Assembly: GCA_964016885.1 (NCBI GenBank)
Contig: OZ024741.1
Span: 416,229,307-416,293,306, forward strand
DNA length: 64,000 bases
Direction: 5' to 3'
Origin: Eledone cirrhosa
Lineage: Eukaryota
Part shown: one piece after another, positions 15,001 through 30,000 of the stretch
Position numbering within the stretch: the stretch's first letter is position 1
Layout of the letters: every line of letters starts with the position of its first letter
Program-made: the position numbers and the translations under genes
Notes under the pieces: model-generated
The model's input: only the letters and a program-made list of their open reading frames with translations
Database searches by the model: none
What the model was told of the DNA's origin: nothing

Positions 15001-18000
15001 TACCAACCTGGTCAACACAAACCAGGACTATTACCTACAGTTGTCTTAATCCTTTAGTTTCCAACCTGGTCAACACTGACCAGGACTATTACCTACAGTT
15101 GTCTTAACCCTTTAGTTACCAACCTAGTCAACACTAACCAGGACTATTAACTACAGTTGTCTTAACCCTTTAGTTACCAACCTGGTCAACACTGACCAAG
15201 ACTATTACCTACAGTTGTCTTAACCCTTTAGTTACCAACCTGGTCAACACTGACCGGGACTATTACCTACAGTTGTCTTAACCCTTTAGTTTCCAACCTG
15301 GTCAACACTGACCAGGACTATTACCTACAGCTGTGTTAACCCTTTAGTTACCAACCTGGTCAACACAGACCAGGACTATTACCTACAGTTGTCTTAACCC
15401 TTTAGTTTCCAACCTGGTCAACACTGACCAGGACTATTACCTACAGTTGTCTTAACCCTTTAGTTACCAACCTGGTCAACACTGACCAGGACTATTACCT
15501 ACAGTTGTTTTAACCCTTTAGTTACCAACCTGGTCAACACTGACCAGCACTATTACCTAGAGTTGTCTTAACCCTTTAGTTACCAACCTGGTCAACACTG
15601 ACCATGACTATTACCTACAGCTGTGTTAACCCCTTAGTTACCAACCTGGTTAACACTGACCAGGACTATTACCTACAGTTGTCTTAACCCTTTAGTTACC
15701 AACCTGGTCAACACAGACCAGGACTATTACCTACAGTTGTCTTAACCCTTTAGTTTCCAACCTGGTCAACACTGACCATGACTATTACCTACAGTTGTCT
15801 TAACCCTTTAGTTACCAACCTGGTCAACACTGACCAGGACTTACCTACAGTTGTCTTAACCCTTTAGTTACCAACCTGGTCAACACTGACCAGGACTTTA
15901 ACCTACAGTTGTCTTAACCCTTTAGTTACCAACCTGGTCAACACTGACCATGACTATTACCTACAGTTGTCTTAACCCTTTAGTTACCAACCTGGTCAAC
16001 ACTGACCAGGACTTTAACCTACAGTTGTCTTAACCCTTTAGTTACCAACCTGGTCAACACTGACCAGGACTATTACCTACAGTTGTCATATACCCTTTAG
16101 TTTCCAGCCTGGTCAACACTGACCAGGACTATTACCTACAGTTGTCTTAAACCCTTTAGTTTCCAGCCTGGTCAACACTGACCAGGACTATTACCTACAG
16201 TTGTTTTAACCCTTTAGTTACCAACCTGGTCAACACTGACCAGGACAATTACCTACAGTTGTCTTAAACCCTTTAGTTTCCAGCCTGGTCAAAACTGACC
16301 AGGACTATTACCTACAGTTGTTTTAACCCTTTAGTTACCAACCTGGTCAACACTGACCATGACTATTACCTACAGTTGTCTTAACCCTTTAGTTACCAAC
16401 CTGGTCAACACTGACCAGGACTATTACCTACAGTTTTCTCAACCCTTTAGTTACCAACCTGGTCAACACTGACCAAGACTTACCTACAGTTGTCTTAACC
16501 CTTTAGTTACCAACCTGGTCAACACTGACCTGGACTATTACTTACAGTTGTCTTAACCCTTTAGTTACCAACCTGGTCAACACTGACCAGCACTAGTACC
16601 TACAGTTGTCTTAACCCTTTAGTTACCAACCTGGTCAACACTGACCAGGACTATTACCTACAGTTGTATTAACCCTTTAGTTACCAACCTGGTCAACACT
16701 GACCAAGACTATTACCTACAGTTGTCTTAACCCTTTAGTTTCCAACCTGGTCAACACTGACCAGCACTAGTACCTACAGTTGTCTTAACCCTTTAGTTAC
16801 CAACCTGGTCAACACTGACCAAGACTATTATCTACAGTTGTCTTAACCCCTTAGTTACCAACCTGGTCAACACTGACCAGGACTATTACCTACCGTTGTC
16901 TTAACCCTTTAGTTACCAACCTGGTCAACACTGACCAGTACTATTACCTATAGTTGTCTTAACCCTTTAGTTTCCAACCTGGTCAACACTGACCAAGACT
17001 ATTACCTACAGTTGTCTTAACCCTTTAGTTACCAACCTGGTCAACACTGACCAAGACTATTACCTACAGTTGTCTTAACCGTTTAGTTTCCAACCTGGTC
17101 AACACTGACCAGGACTACTACCTACAGTTGTCTTAACCCTTTAGTTTCTAACCTGGTCAACACTGACCAGGACTATTACCTACAGCTGTGTTAACCCTTT
17201 AGTTACCAACCTGGTCAACACAAACCAGGACTATTACCTACAGTTGACTTAATCCTTTAGTTTCCAACCTGGTCAACACTGACCTGGACTATTACCTACA
17301 GTTGTCTTAACCCTTTAGTTACCAACCTGGTCAACACTGACCAGGACTATTACCTACAGTTGTTTTAACCCTTTAGTTACCAACCTGGTCAACACTGACC
17401 AGGACTATTAACTACAGTTGTCTTAACCCTTTAGTTACCAACCTGGTCAACACTGACCAAGACTATTACCTACAGTTGTCTTAACCCTTTAGTTACCAAC
17501 CTGGTCAACACTGACCAGGACTATTACCTACAGTTGTCTTAACCCTTTAGTTTCCAACCTGGTCAACACTGACCAGGACTATTACCTACAGCTGTGTTAA
17601 CCCTTTAGTTACCAACCTGGTCAACACAGACCAGGACTATTACCTACAGTTGTCTTAACCCTTTAGTTTCCAACCTGGTCAACACTGACCAGGACTATTA
17701 CCTACAGTTGTCTTAACCCTTTAGTTACCAACCTGGTCAACACTGACCAGGACTATTACCTACAGTTGTTTTAACCCTTTAGTTACCAACCTGGTCAAAA
17801 CTGACCAGCACTATTACCTAGAGTTGTCTTAACCCTTTAGTTACCAACCTGGTCAACACTGACCAGGACTATTACCTACAGATGTGTTAACCCTTTAGTT
17901 ACCAACCTGGTCAACACTGACCAGGACTATTACCTACAGTTGTGTTAACCCTTTAGATTCCACCCTGGTCAACACTGACCAGGACTATAACCTACAGTTG

Positions 18001-21000
18001 TCTTAACCCTTTAGTTTCCAACCTGGTCAACACTGACCAGGACTATTACCTACAGCTGTGTTAACCCTTTAGTTACCAACCTGGTCAACACTAACCAGGA
18101 CTATTACCTACAGTTGTCTTAAACCATTTAGTTTCCAGCCTGGTCAACACTGACCAGGAATATTACCTACAGTTGTATTAACCCTTTAGTTACCAACCTG
18201 GTCAACACTGACCAGGACTATTACCTACAGCTGTGTTAACCCTTTAGTTACCAACCTGGTCAACACTGACCATGACTATTACCTACAGCTGTGTTAACCC
18301 TTTAGTTACCAACCTGGTTAACACTGACCAGGACTATTACCTACAGTTGTCTTAACCCTTTAGTTACCAACCTGGTCAACACAGACCAGGACTATTACCT
18401 ACAGTTGTCTTAACCCTTTAGTTACCAACCTGGTCAACACTGACCAGGACTATTACCTACAGTTGTTTTAACCCTTTAGTTACCAACCTGGTCAAAACTG
18501 ACCAGCACTATTACCTAGAGTTGTCTTAACCCTTTAGTTACCAACCTGGTCAACACTGACCAGGACTATTACCTACAGATGTGTTAACCCTTTAGTTACC
18601 AACCTGGTCAACACTGACCAGGACTATTACCTACAGTTGTGTTAACCCTTTAGATTCCACCCTGGTCAACACTGACCAGGACTATAACCTACAGTTGTCT
18701 TAACCCTTTAGTTTCCAACCTGGTCAACACTGACCAGGACTATTACCTACAGCTGTGTTAACCCTTTAGTTACCAACCTGGTCAACACTAACCAGGACTA
18801 TTACCTACAGTTGTCTTAAACCATTTAGTTTCCAGCCTGGTCAACACTGACCAGGAATATTACCTACAGTTGTATTAACCCTTTAGTTACCAACCTGGTC
18901 AACACTGACCAGGACTATTACCTACAGCTGTGTTAACCCTTTAGTTACCAACCTGGTCAACACTGACCATGACTATTACCTACAGCTGTGTTAACCCTTT
19001 AGTTACCAACCTGGTTAACACTGACCAGGACTATTACCTACAGTTGTCTTAACCCTTTAGTTACCAACCTGGTCAACACAGACCAGGACTATTACCTACA
19101 GTTGTCTTAACCCTTTAGTTACCAACCTGGTCAACACTGACCAGGACTTACCTACAGTTGTCTTAACCCTTTAGTTACCAACCTGGTCAACACTGACCAG
19201 GACTTTAACCTACAGTTGTCTTAACCCTTTAGTTACCAACCTGGTCAACACTGACCAGGACTTACCTACAGTTGTCTTAACCCTTTAGTTACCAACCTGG
19301 TCAACACTGACCAGGACTTACCTACAGTTGTCTTAACCCTTTAGTTACCAACCTGGTCAACACTGACCAGGACTATTACCTACAGTTGTCTTAAACCCTT
19401 TAGTTTCCAGCCTGGTCAACACTGACCAGGACTATTACCTACAGTTGTCTTAAACCCTTTTGTTTCCAGCCTGGTCAACACTGACCAGGACTATTACCTA
19501 CAGTTGTTTTAACCCTTTAGTTACCAACCTGGTCAACACTGACCAGGACTATTACCTACAGTTGTCTTAAACTCTTTAGTTTCCAGCCTGGTCAACACTG
19601 ACCAGGACTATTACCTACAGTTGTCTTAACCCTTTAGTTACCAACCTGGTCAACACTGACCATGACTATTACCTACAGTTGTCTTAACCCTTTAGTTACC
19701 AACCTGGTCAACACTGACCAGGACTATCACCTACAGTTTTCTCAACCCTTTAGTTACCAACCTGGTCAACACTGACCAAGACTTACCTACAGTTGTCTTA
19801 ACCCTTTAGTTACCAACCTGGTCAACACTGACCTGGACTATTACTTACAGTTGTCTTAACCCTTTAGTTACCAACCTGGTCAACACTGAACAAGACTATT
19901 ACCTACAGTTGTCTTAACCCTTTAGTTTCCAACCTGGTCAACACTGACCAGGACTATTACCTACAGTTGTGTTAACCCTTTAGTTTCCACCCTGGTCAAC
20001 ACTGACCAGGACTATTACCTACAGTTGTCTTAACCCTTTAGTTTCCAACATGGTCAACACTGACCAAGACTATTACCTACAGTTGTCTTAACCCTTTAGT
20101 TACCAACCTGGTCAACACTGACCAGGACTATTACCTACAGTTGTCTTAACCCTTTAGTTTCCAACCTGGTCAACACTGACCAAGACTATTACCTACAGTT
20201 TTCTCAACCCTTTAGTTACCAACCTGGTCAACACTGACCAAGACTATTACCTACAGTTGTCTTAACCCTTTAGTTACCAACCTGGTCAACACTGACCAGG
20301 ACTATTACCTACAGTTGTATTAACCCTTTAGTTACCAACCTGGTCAACACTGACCAAGACTATTACCTACAGTTGTCTTAACCCTTTAGTTTCCAACCTG
20401 GTCAACACTGACCAGCACTAGTACCTACATTTGTCTTAAACCTTTAGTTACCAACCTGGTCAACACTGACCAAGACTATTACCTACAGTTGTCTTAACCC
20501 CTTAGTTACCAACCTGGTCAACACTGACCAGGACTATTACCTACCGTTGTCTTAACCCTTTAGTTACCAATCTGGTCAACACTGACCAGGACTATTACCT
20601 ACAGTTGTCTTAACCCTTTAGTTTCCAACCTGGTCAACACTGACCAAGAATATTACCTACAGTTGTCTTAACCCTTTAGTTACCAACCTGGTCAACACTG
20701 ACCAAGACTATTACCTACAGTGGTCTTAACTCTTTAGTTACCAACCTGGTCAACACTGACCAGGACTACTACCTACAGTTGTCTTAACCCTTTAGTTTCT
20801 AACCTGGTCAACACTGACCAGGACTATTACCTACAGCTGTGTTAACCCTTTAGTTACCAACCTGGTCAACACTGACCAAGACTATTACCTACAGTTGTCT
20901 TAACGCTTTAGTTTCCAACCTGGTCAACACTGACCAGGACTATTACCTACAGTTCTGTTAACCCTTTAGTTACCAACCTGGTCAAAACTGACCAGGATTA

Positions 21001-24000
21001 TTACCTACAGTTGTCTTAACCCTTTAGTTTCCAACCTGGTCAACACTGACCAGGACTATTACCTACAGTTGTCTTAACCCTTTAGTTACCAACCTGGTCA
21101 ACACTGACCAGGACTATTACCTACAATTGTCTTAACCCTTTAGTTTCCAACCTGGTCAACACTGACCAAGACTATTACCTACAGTTGTCTTAACCATTTA
21201 GTTACCAACCTAGTCAACACTGACCAGGACTATTACCTATAGTTGTCTTAACCCTTTAGTTTCCAACCTGGTCAAAACTGACCAGGACTATTACCTACAG
21301 TTGTCTTAACCCTTTAGTTTCCAACCTGGTCAACACTGACCAGGACTATTACCTACAGTTGTCTTAACCCTTTAGTTTCCAACCTGGTCAACACTGACCA
21401 GGACTATTACCTACAGTTGTCTTAACCCTTTAGTTTCCAACCTGGTCAACACTGACCAGGACTATTACCTACAGTTGTCTTAACCCTTTAGTTACCAACC
21501 TGGTCAACACTGACCAGGACTATTACCTACAGTTGTCTTAACCCTTTAGTTTCCAACCTGGTCAACACTGACCAGGAATATTACCTACAGTTGTCTTAAC
21601 CCTTTATTTACCAACCTGGTCAACACTGACCAGGACTATTACCTACAGTTGTCTTAACCCTTTAGTTACCAACCTGGTCAACACTGACCAGGACTATTAC
21701 CTACAGTTGACTTAACCCTTTAGTTTCCAACCTGGTCAACACTGACCAAGACTATTACCTACAGTTGTCTTAACCCTTTAGTTACCAACCTGGTCAACAC
21801 TGACCAGGACTATTACCTACAGTTGTCTTAACCCTTTACTTACCAACCTGGTCAACACTGACCAGGACTATTACCTACAGTTGTCTTAACCCTTTAGTTA
21901 CCAACCTGGTCAACACTGACCAGGACTATTACCTACAGTTGTCTTAACCCTTTAGTTACCAACCTGGTCAACACTGACCAGGACTATTACCTACAGTTGT
22001 CTTAACCCTTTAGTTACCAACCTGGTCAACACTGACCAGGACTATTACCTACAGTTGTCTTGACCCTTTAGTTTCCAACCTGGTCAACACTGACCAAGAC
22101 TATTACCTACAGTTTACTTAACCCTTTATTTACCAACCTGGTCAACACTGACCAGTACTATTACCTACAGTTGTCGTAACCATTTAGTTACCAAGCTGGT
22201 CAACACTGACCAAGACTATTACCTACAGTTGTCTTAACCCTAGGTTACCAACCTGGTCAACACTGACCAGGACTATTACCGACAGTTGTCTTAACCCTTT
22301 AGTTACCAACCTGGTCAACACTGACCAGGACTATTACCTACAGTTGTCTTAACCTTTTAGTTTCCAACCTGGTCAACACTGACCAGGACTATTACCCACA
22401 GTTGTCTTAACCCTTTAGTTACCAACCTGGTCAACACTGACCAGGACTATTACCTACAGTTTACTTAACCCTTTATTTACCAACCTGGTCAACACTGACC
22501 AGTACTATTACCTACAGTTGTCGTAACCATTTAGTTACCAAGCTGGTCAACACTGACCAAGACTATTACCTACAGTTGTCTTAACCCTTTAGTTTCCAAC
22601 CTGGTCAACACTGACCAGGACTATTACCTACAGTTGTGTTAACCCTTTAGTTTCCACCCTGGTCAACACTGATCAGGACTATTACCTACAGTTGTCTTAA
22701 CCCTTTAGTTACCAACCTGGTCAACACTGACCAGGACTATTACCTACAGTTGTCTTAACCCTTTAGTTACCAACCTGGTCAACACTGACCAGGACTATTA
22801 CCTACAGTTGTCTTAACCCTTTAGTTACCAACCTGGTCAACACTGACCAGGACTATTACCTACAGTTGCCTTAACCCTTTATTTACCAACATGGTCACCA
22901 CTGACCAGGAGTATTACCTACAGTTGTCTTAACCCTTTAGTTTCCAACCTGGTCAACACTGACCAGGACTATTACCTACAGTTGTCTTAACCCTTTAGTT
23001 ACCAACCTGGTCAACACTGACCAGCACTATTACCTACAGTTGTCTTAACCCTTTAGTTACCAACCTGGTCAACACTGACCAGCACTATTACCTACAGTTG
23101 TCTTAACCCTTTAGTTTCCAACCTGGTCAACACTTACCAGGACTATTACCTACAGTTGTCTTAACCCTTTAGTTTCCAACCTGGTCAACACTGACCAGGA
23201 CTATTACCTAGAGTTGTCTTAACCCTTTAGTTACCAACCTGGTCAACACTGACCAGCACTATTACCTACAGTTGTCTTAACCCTTTAGTTTCCAACCTGG
23301 TCAACACTGACCAGGACTATTACCTACAGTTGTCTTAACCCTTTAGTTACCAACCTGGTCAACACTGACCAGCACTATTACCTACAGTTGTCTTAACCCT
23401 TTAGTTACCAACCTGGTCAACACTGACCAGCACTATTACCTACAGTTGTCTTAACCCTTTAGTTTCCAACCTGGTCAAAACTGACCAGGACTATTACCTA
23501 CAGTTTTCTTAACCCTTTAGTTTCCAACCTGGTCAACACTGACCAGGACTATTACCTACAGTTGTCTTAACCCTTTAGTTACCAACCTGGTCAACACTAA
23601 CCAGCACTATTACGTACAGTTGTCTTAACCCTTTAGTTTCCAACCTGGTAAACACTGACCAGGACTATTACCTACAGTTGTCTTAACCCTTTAGTTACCA
23701 ACCTGGTCAACACTGACCAGCACTATTACCTACAGTTGTCTTAACCCTTTAGTTTCCAACCTGGTCAACACTGACCAGGACTATAACCTACAGTTGTCTT
23801 AACCCTTTAGTTACCAACCTGGTCAACACTGACCAGGACTATTACCTACAGTTGTGTTAACCCTTTAGTTTCCAACCTGGTCAACACTAACCAGGACTAT
23901 TACCTACAGTTGTCTTAACCCTTTAGTTTCCAACCTGGTCAACACTGACCAAGACTATTACCTACAGTTGTCTTAACCCTTTAGTTTCCAACCTGGTCAA

Positions 24001-27000
24001 CACTGACCAGGACTATAACCTACAGTTGTTTTAACCCTTTAGTTACCAACCTGGTCAACACTGACCAGGACTATTACCTACAGTTGTCTTAACCCTTTAG
24101 TTTCCTACCTGGTCAACACTGACCAGGACTATTACCTAAAGTTGTTTTAACCGTTTAGTTACCAACCTGGTCAACACTGACCAGGACTATTACCTACAGT
24201 TGTTTTAACCCTTTAGTTACCAACCTGGTCAACACTGACCAGGACTATTACCTACAGTTGTCTTAACCCTTTAGTTACCAACCTGGTCAACACAGACCAG
24301 GACTATTACCTACAGTTGTCTTAACCCTTTAGTTACCAACCTGGTCAACACTGACCAGGACTATTACCTACAGTTGTCTTAACCCTTTAGTTACCAACCT
24401 GGTCAACACTAACCAGGACTATTACCTATAGTTGTCTTAACCCTTTAGTTTCCAACCTAGTCAACACTGACCAGGACTATTACCTACAGTTGTCTTAACC
24501 CTTTAGTTACCAACCTGGTCAACACTGACCAGGACTATTACCTACAGTTGTCTTAACCCTTTAGTTACCAACCTGGTCAACACTGACGAGGACTATTACC
24601 TACAGTTTTCTTAACCCTTTAGTTACCAACCTGGTCAACACTGACCAGGACTATTACCTACAGTTGTCTTAACTATTTAGTTACCAACCTGGTCAACACT
24701 GACCAGCACTATTACCTACAGTTGTCTTAACCCTTTAGTTACCAACCTGGTCAACACTGACCAGGACTATTACCTACAGTTGTCTTAACCCTTTAGTTAC
24801 CAACCTGGTCAACACTGACCAGCACTATTACCTACAGTTGTCTTAACCCTTTAGTTACCAACCTGGTCAACACTGACCAGCACTATTACCTACAGTTGTC
24901 TTAACCCTTTAGTTTCCAACCTGGTCAACACTGACCAGGACTATTACCTACAGTTGTCTTAACCCTTTAGTTACTAACCTGGTCAACACTGACCAGCACT
25001 ATTACCTACAGTTGTCTTAACCCTTTAGTTACCAACCTGGTCAACACTGACCAGGACTATTACCTACAGTTGTCTTAACCCTTTAGTTTCCAACCTGGTC
25101 AACACTGACCAGGACTATTACCTACAGTTGTCTTAACCCTTTAGTTACCAACCTGGTCAACACTGACCAGCACTATTACCTACAGTTGTCTTAACCCTTT
25201 AGTTACCAACCTGGTCAACACTGACCAGCACTATTACCTACAGTTGTCTTAACCCTTTAGTTTCCAACCTGGTCAACACTTACCAGGACTATTACCTACA
25301 GTTGTCTTAACCCTTTAGTTTCCAACCTGGTCAATACTGACCAGGACTATTACCTACAGTTGTCTTAACCCTTTACTTACCAACCTGGTCAACACTGACC
25401 AGGACTATTACCTACAGTTGTCTTAACCCTTTAGTTACCAACCTGGTCAACACTGACCAGGACTATTACCTACAGCTGTCGTTACCCTTTAGTTACCAAC
25501 CTGGTCAACACTAACCAGGACTATTACCTATAGTTGTCTTAACCCTTTAGTTTCTAACCTGGTCTACACAGACCAAGACTTGCCTACAGTTGTCTTAACC
25601 CTTTAGTTTCCAACCTGGTCAACACTGACCAAGACTTACCTACAGTTGTCTTAACCCTTTAGTTACCAACCTGGTCAACACTGACCAAGACTTACCTACA
25701 GTTGTCTTAACCCTTTAGTTACCAACCTGGTCAACACTGACCAGCACTATTACCTACAGTTGTCTTAACCCTTCAGTTACCAACCTGGTCAACACTGACC
25801 AGCACTATTACCTACAGTTGTCTTAACCCTTTAGTTACCAACCTGGTCAACACTGACCAGCACTATTACCTACAGTTGTCTTAACCCTTTAGTTACCAAC
25901 CTGGTCAACACTGACCAGCACTATTACCTACAGTTGTCTTAACCCTTTAGTTTCCAACCTGGTCAACACTGACCAGGACTATTACCTACAGTTGTCTTAA
26001 CCCTTTAGTTACCAACCTGGTCAACACTGACCAGGACTATTACCTACAGTTGTTTTAACCCTTTAGTTACCAACCTGGTTAACACTGACCAGGACTATTA
26101 CCTACAGTTGTCTTAACCCTTTAGTTACCAACCTGGTCAACACACCAGGACTATTACCTACAGTTGTCTTAACCCTTTAGTTACCAACCTGGTCAACACT
26201 GACCAGGACTATTACCTACAGTTGTCTTAACCCTTTAGTTACCAACCTGGTCAACACTGACCAGCACTATTACCTACAGTTGTCTTAACCCTTTAGTTAC
26301 CAACCTGGTCAACACTGACCAGCACTATTACCTACAGTTGTCTTAACCCTTTAGTTTCCAATCTGGTCAACACTGACCAGGACTATTACCTACAGTTGTC
26401 TTAACCCTTTAGTTACCAACCTGGTCAAAACTGACCAGCACTATTACCTACAGTTGTCTTAACCCTTTAGTTACCAACCTGGTCAACACTGACCAGCACT
26501 ATTACCTACAGTTGTCTTAACCCTTTAGTTTCCAACCTAGTCAACACTGACCAGGACTATTACCTACAGTTGTCTTAACCCTTTAGTTACTAACCTGGTC
26601 AACACTGACCAGGACTATTACCTACAGTTGTCTTAACCCTTTAGTTCCCAACCTCGTCAACACTTACCAGGACTATTACCTACAGTTGTCTTAACCCTTT
26701 AGTTACCAACCTGGTCAACACTAACCAGGACTATTACCTACAGTTGTCTTAACCCTTTAGTTACCAGTCTGGTCAACACTGACGAGGACTATTACCTACA
26801 GTTGTCTTAACCCATTAGTTACCAACCTGGTCAACACTGACCAGGACTATTACCTACAGTTGTCGTTACCCTTTAGTTACCAACCTGGTCAACACTAACC
26901 AGGACTATTACCTATAGTTGTCTTAACCCTTTAGTTTCTAACCTGGTCTACACAGACCAAGACTTGCCTACAGTTGTCTTAACCCTTTAGTTTCCAACCT

Positions 27001-30000
27001 GGTCAACACTGACCAAGACTTACCTACAGTTGTCTTAACCCTTTAGTTACCAACCTGGTCAAAACTGACCAAGACTTACCTACAGTTGTCTTAACCCTTT
27101 AGTTACCAACCTGGTCAACACTGACCAGCACTATTACCTACAGTTGTCTTAACCCTTTAGTTTCCAACCTGGTCAACACTGACCAGGACTATTACCTACA
27201 GTTGTCTTAACCCTTTAGTTACCAACCTGGTCAACACTGACCAGCACTATTACCTACAGTTGTCTTAACCCTTTAGTTACCAACCTGGTCAACACTGACC
27301 AGCACTATTACCTACAGTTGTCTTAACCCTTTAGTTTCCAACCTGGTCAACACTGACCAGGACTATTACCTACAGTTGTCTTAACCCTTTAGTTACCAAC
27401 CTGGTCAACACTGACCAGCACTATTACCTACAGTTGTCTTAACCCTTTAGTTACCAACCTGGTCAACACTGACCAGCACTATTACCTACAGTTGTCTTAA
27501 CCCTTTAGTTTCCAACCTGGTCAACACTGACCAGGACTATTACCTACAGTTGTTTTAACCCTTTAGTTACCAACCTGGTCAACACTGACCAGGACTATTA
27601 CCTACAGTTGTCTTAACCCTTTAGTTTCCTACCTGGTCAACACTGACCAGGACTATTACCTAAAGTTGTTTTAACCGTTTAGTTACCAACCTGGTCAACA
27701 CTGACCAGGACTATTACCTACAGTTGTTTTAACCCTTTAGTTACCAACCTGGTCAACACTGACCAGGACTATTACCTACAGTTGTCTTAACCCTTTAGTT
27801 ACCAACCTGGTCAACACTAACCAGGACTATTACCTATAGTTGTCTTAACCCTTTAGTTTCCAACCTAGTCAACACTGACCAGGACTATTACCTACAGTTG
27901 TCTTAACCCTTTAGTTACAAACCTGGTCAACACTGACCAGGACTATTACCTACAGTTGTCTTAACCCTTTAGTTACCAACCTGGTCAACACTGACCAGCA
28001 CTATTACCTACAGTTGTCTTAACCCTTTAGTTTCCAACCTGGTCAACACTGACCAGGACTATTACCTACAGTTGTCTTAACCCTTTAGTTACCAACCTGG
28101 TCAACACTGACCAGCACTATTACCTACAGTTGTCTTAACCCTTTAGTTACTAACCTGGTCAACACTGACCAGGACTATTACCTACAGTTGTCGTTACCCT
28201 TTAGTTACCAACCTGGTCAACACTAACCAGGACTATTACCTATAGTTGTCTTAACCCTTTAGTTTCTAACCTGGTCTACACAGACCAAGACTTGCCTACA
28301 GTTGTCTTAACCCTTTAGTTTCCAACCTGGTCAACACTGACCAAGACTTACCTACAGTTGTCTTAACCCTTTAGTTACCAACCTGGTCAACACTGACCAA
28401 GACTTACCTACAGTTGTCTTAACCCTTTAGTTACCAACCTGGTCAACACTGACCAGCACTATTACCTACAGTTGTCTTAACCCTTTAGTTTCCAACCTGG
28501 TCAACACTGACCAGGACTATTACCTACAGTTGTCTTAACCCTTTAGTTACCAACCTGGTCAACACTGACCAGCACTATTACCTACAGTTGTCTTAACCCT
28601 TTAGTTACCAACCTGGTCAACACTGACCAGCACTATTACCTACAGTTGTCTTAACCCTTTAGTTTCCAACCTGGTCAACACTGACCAGGACTATTACCTA
28701 CAGTTGTCTTAACCCTTTAGTTACCAACCTGGTCAACACTGACCAGCACTATTACCTACAGTTGTCTTAACCCTTTAGTTACCAACCTGGTCAACACTGA
28801 CCAGCACTATTACCTACAGTTGTCTTAACCCTTTAGTTTCCAACCTGGTCAACACTGACCAGGACTATTACCTACAGTTGTCTTAACCCTTTAGTTACCA
28901 ACCTGGTCAACACTGACCAGCACTATTACCTACAGTTGTCTTAACCCTTTAGTTACCAACCTGGTCAACACTGACCAGGACTATTACCTACAGTTGTCTT
29001 AACCCTTTAGTTTCCTACCTGGTCAACACTGACCAGGACTATTACCTAAAGTTGTTTTAACCGTTTAGTTACCAACCTGGTCAACACTGACCAGGACTAT
29101 TACCTACAGTTGTTTTAACCCTTTAGTTACCAACCTGGTCAACACTGACCAGGACTATTACCTACAGTTGTCTTAACCCTTTAGTTACCAACCTGGTCAA
29201 CACAGACCAGGACTATTACCTACAGTTGTCTTAACCCTTTAGTTACCAACCTGGTCAACACTGACCAGGACTATTACCTACAGTTGTCTTAACCCTTTAG
29301 TTACCAACCTGGTCAACACTAACCAGGACTATTACCTATGGTTGTCTTAACCCTTTAGTTTCCAACCTAGTCAACACTGACCAGGAATATTACCTACAGT
29401 TGTCTTAACCCTTTAGTTACCAACCTGGTCAACACTGACCAGGACTATTACCTACAGTTGTCTTAACCCTTTAGTTACCAACCTGGTCAACACTGACGAG
29501 GACTATTACCTACAGTTTTCTTAACCCTTTAGTTACCAACCTGGTCAACACTGACCAGGACTATTACCTACAGTTGTCTTAACCCTTTAGTTACCAACCT
29601 GGTCAACACTGACCAGCACTATTACCTACAGTTGTCTTAACCCTTTAGTTACCAACCTGGTCAACACTGACCAGCACTATTACCTACAGTTGTCTTAACC
29701 CTTTAGTTACCAAACTGGTCAACACTGACCAGCACTATTACCTACAGTTGTCTTAACCCTTTAGTTTCCAACCTGGTCAACACTGACCAGGACTATTACC
29801 TACAGTTGTCTTAACCCTTTAGTTACCAACCTGGTCAACACTGACCAGGACTATTACCTACAGTTGTCTTAACCCTTTAGTTACCAACCTGGTCAACACT
29901 GACCAGCACTATTACCTACAGTTGTCTTAACCCTTTAGTTACCAACCTGGTCAACACTGACCAGCACTATTACCTACAGTTGTCTTAACCCTTTAGTTTC

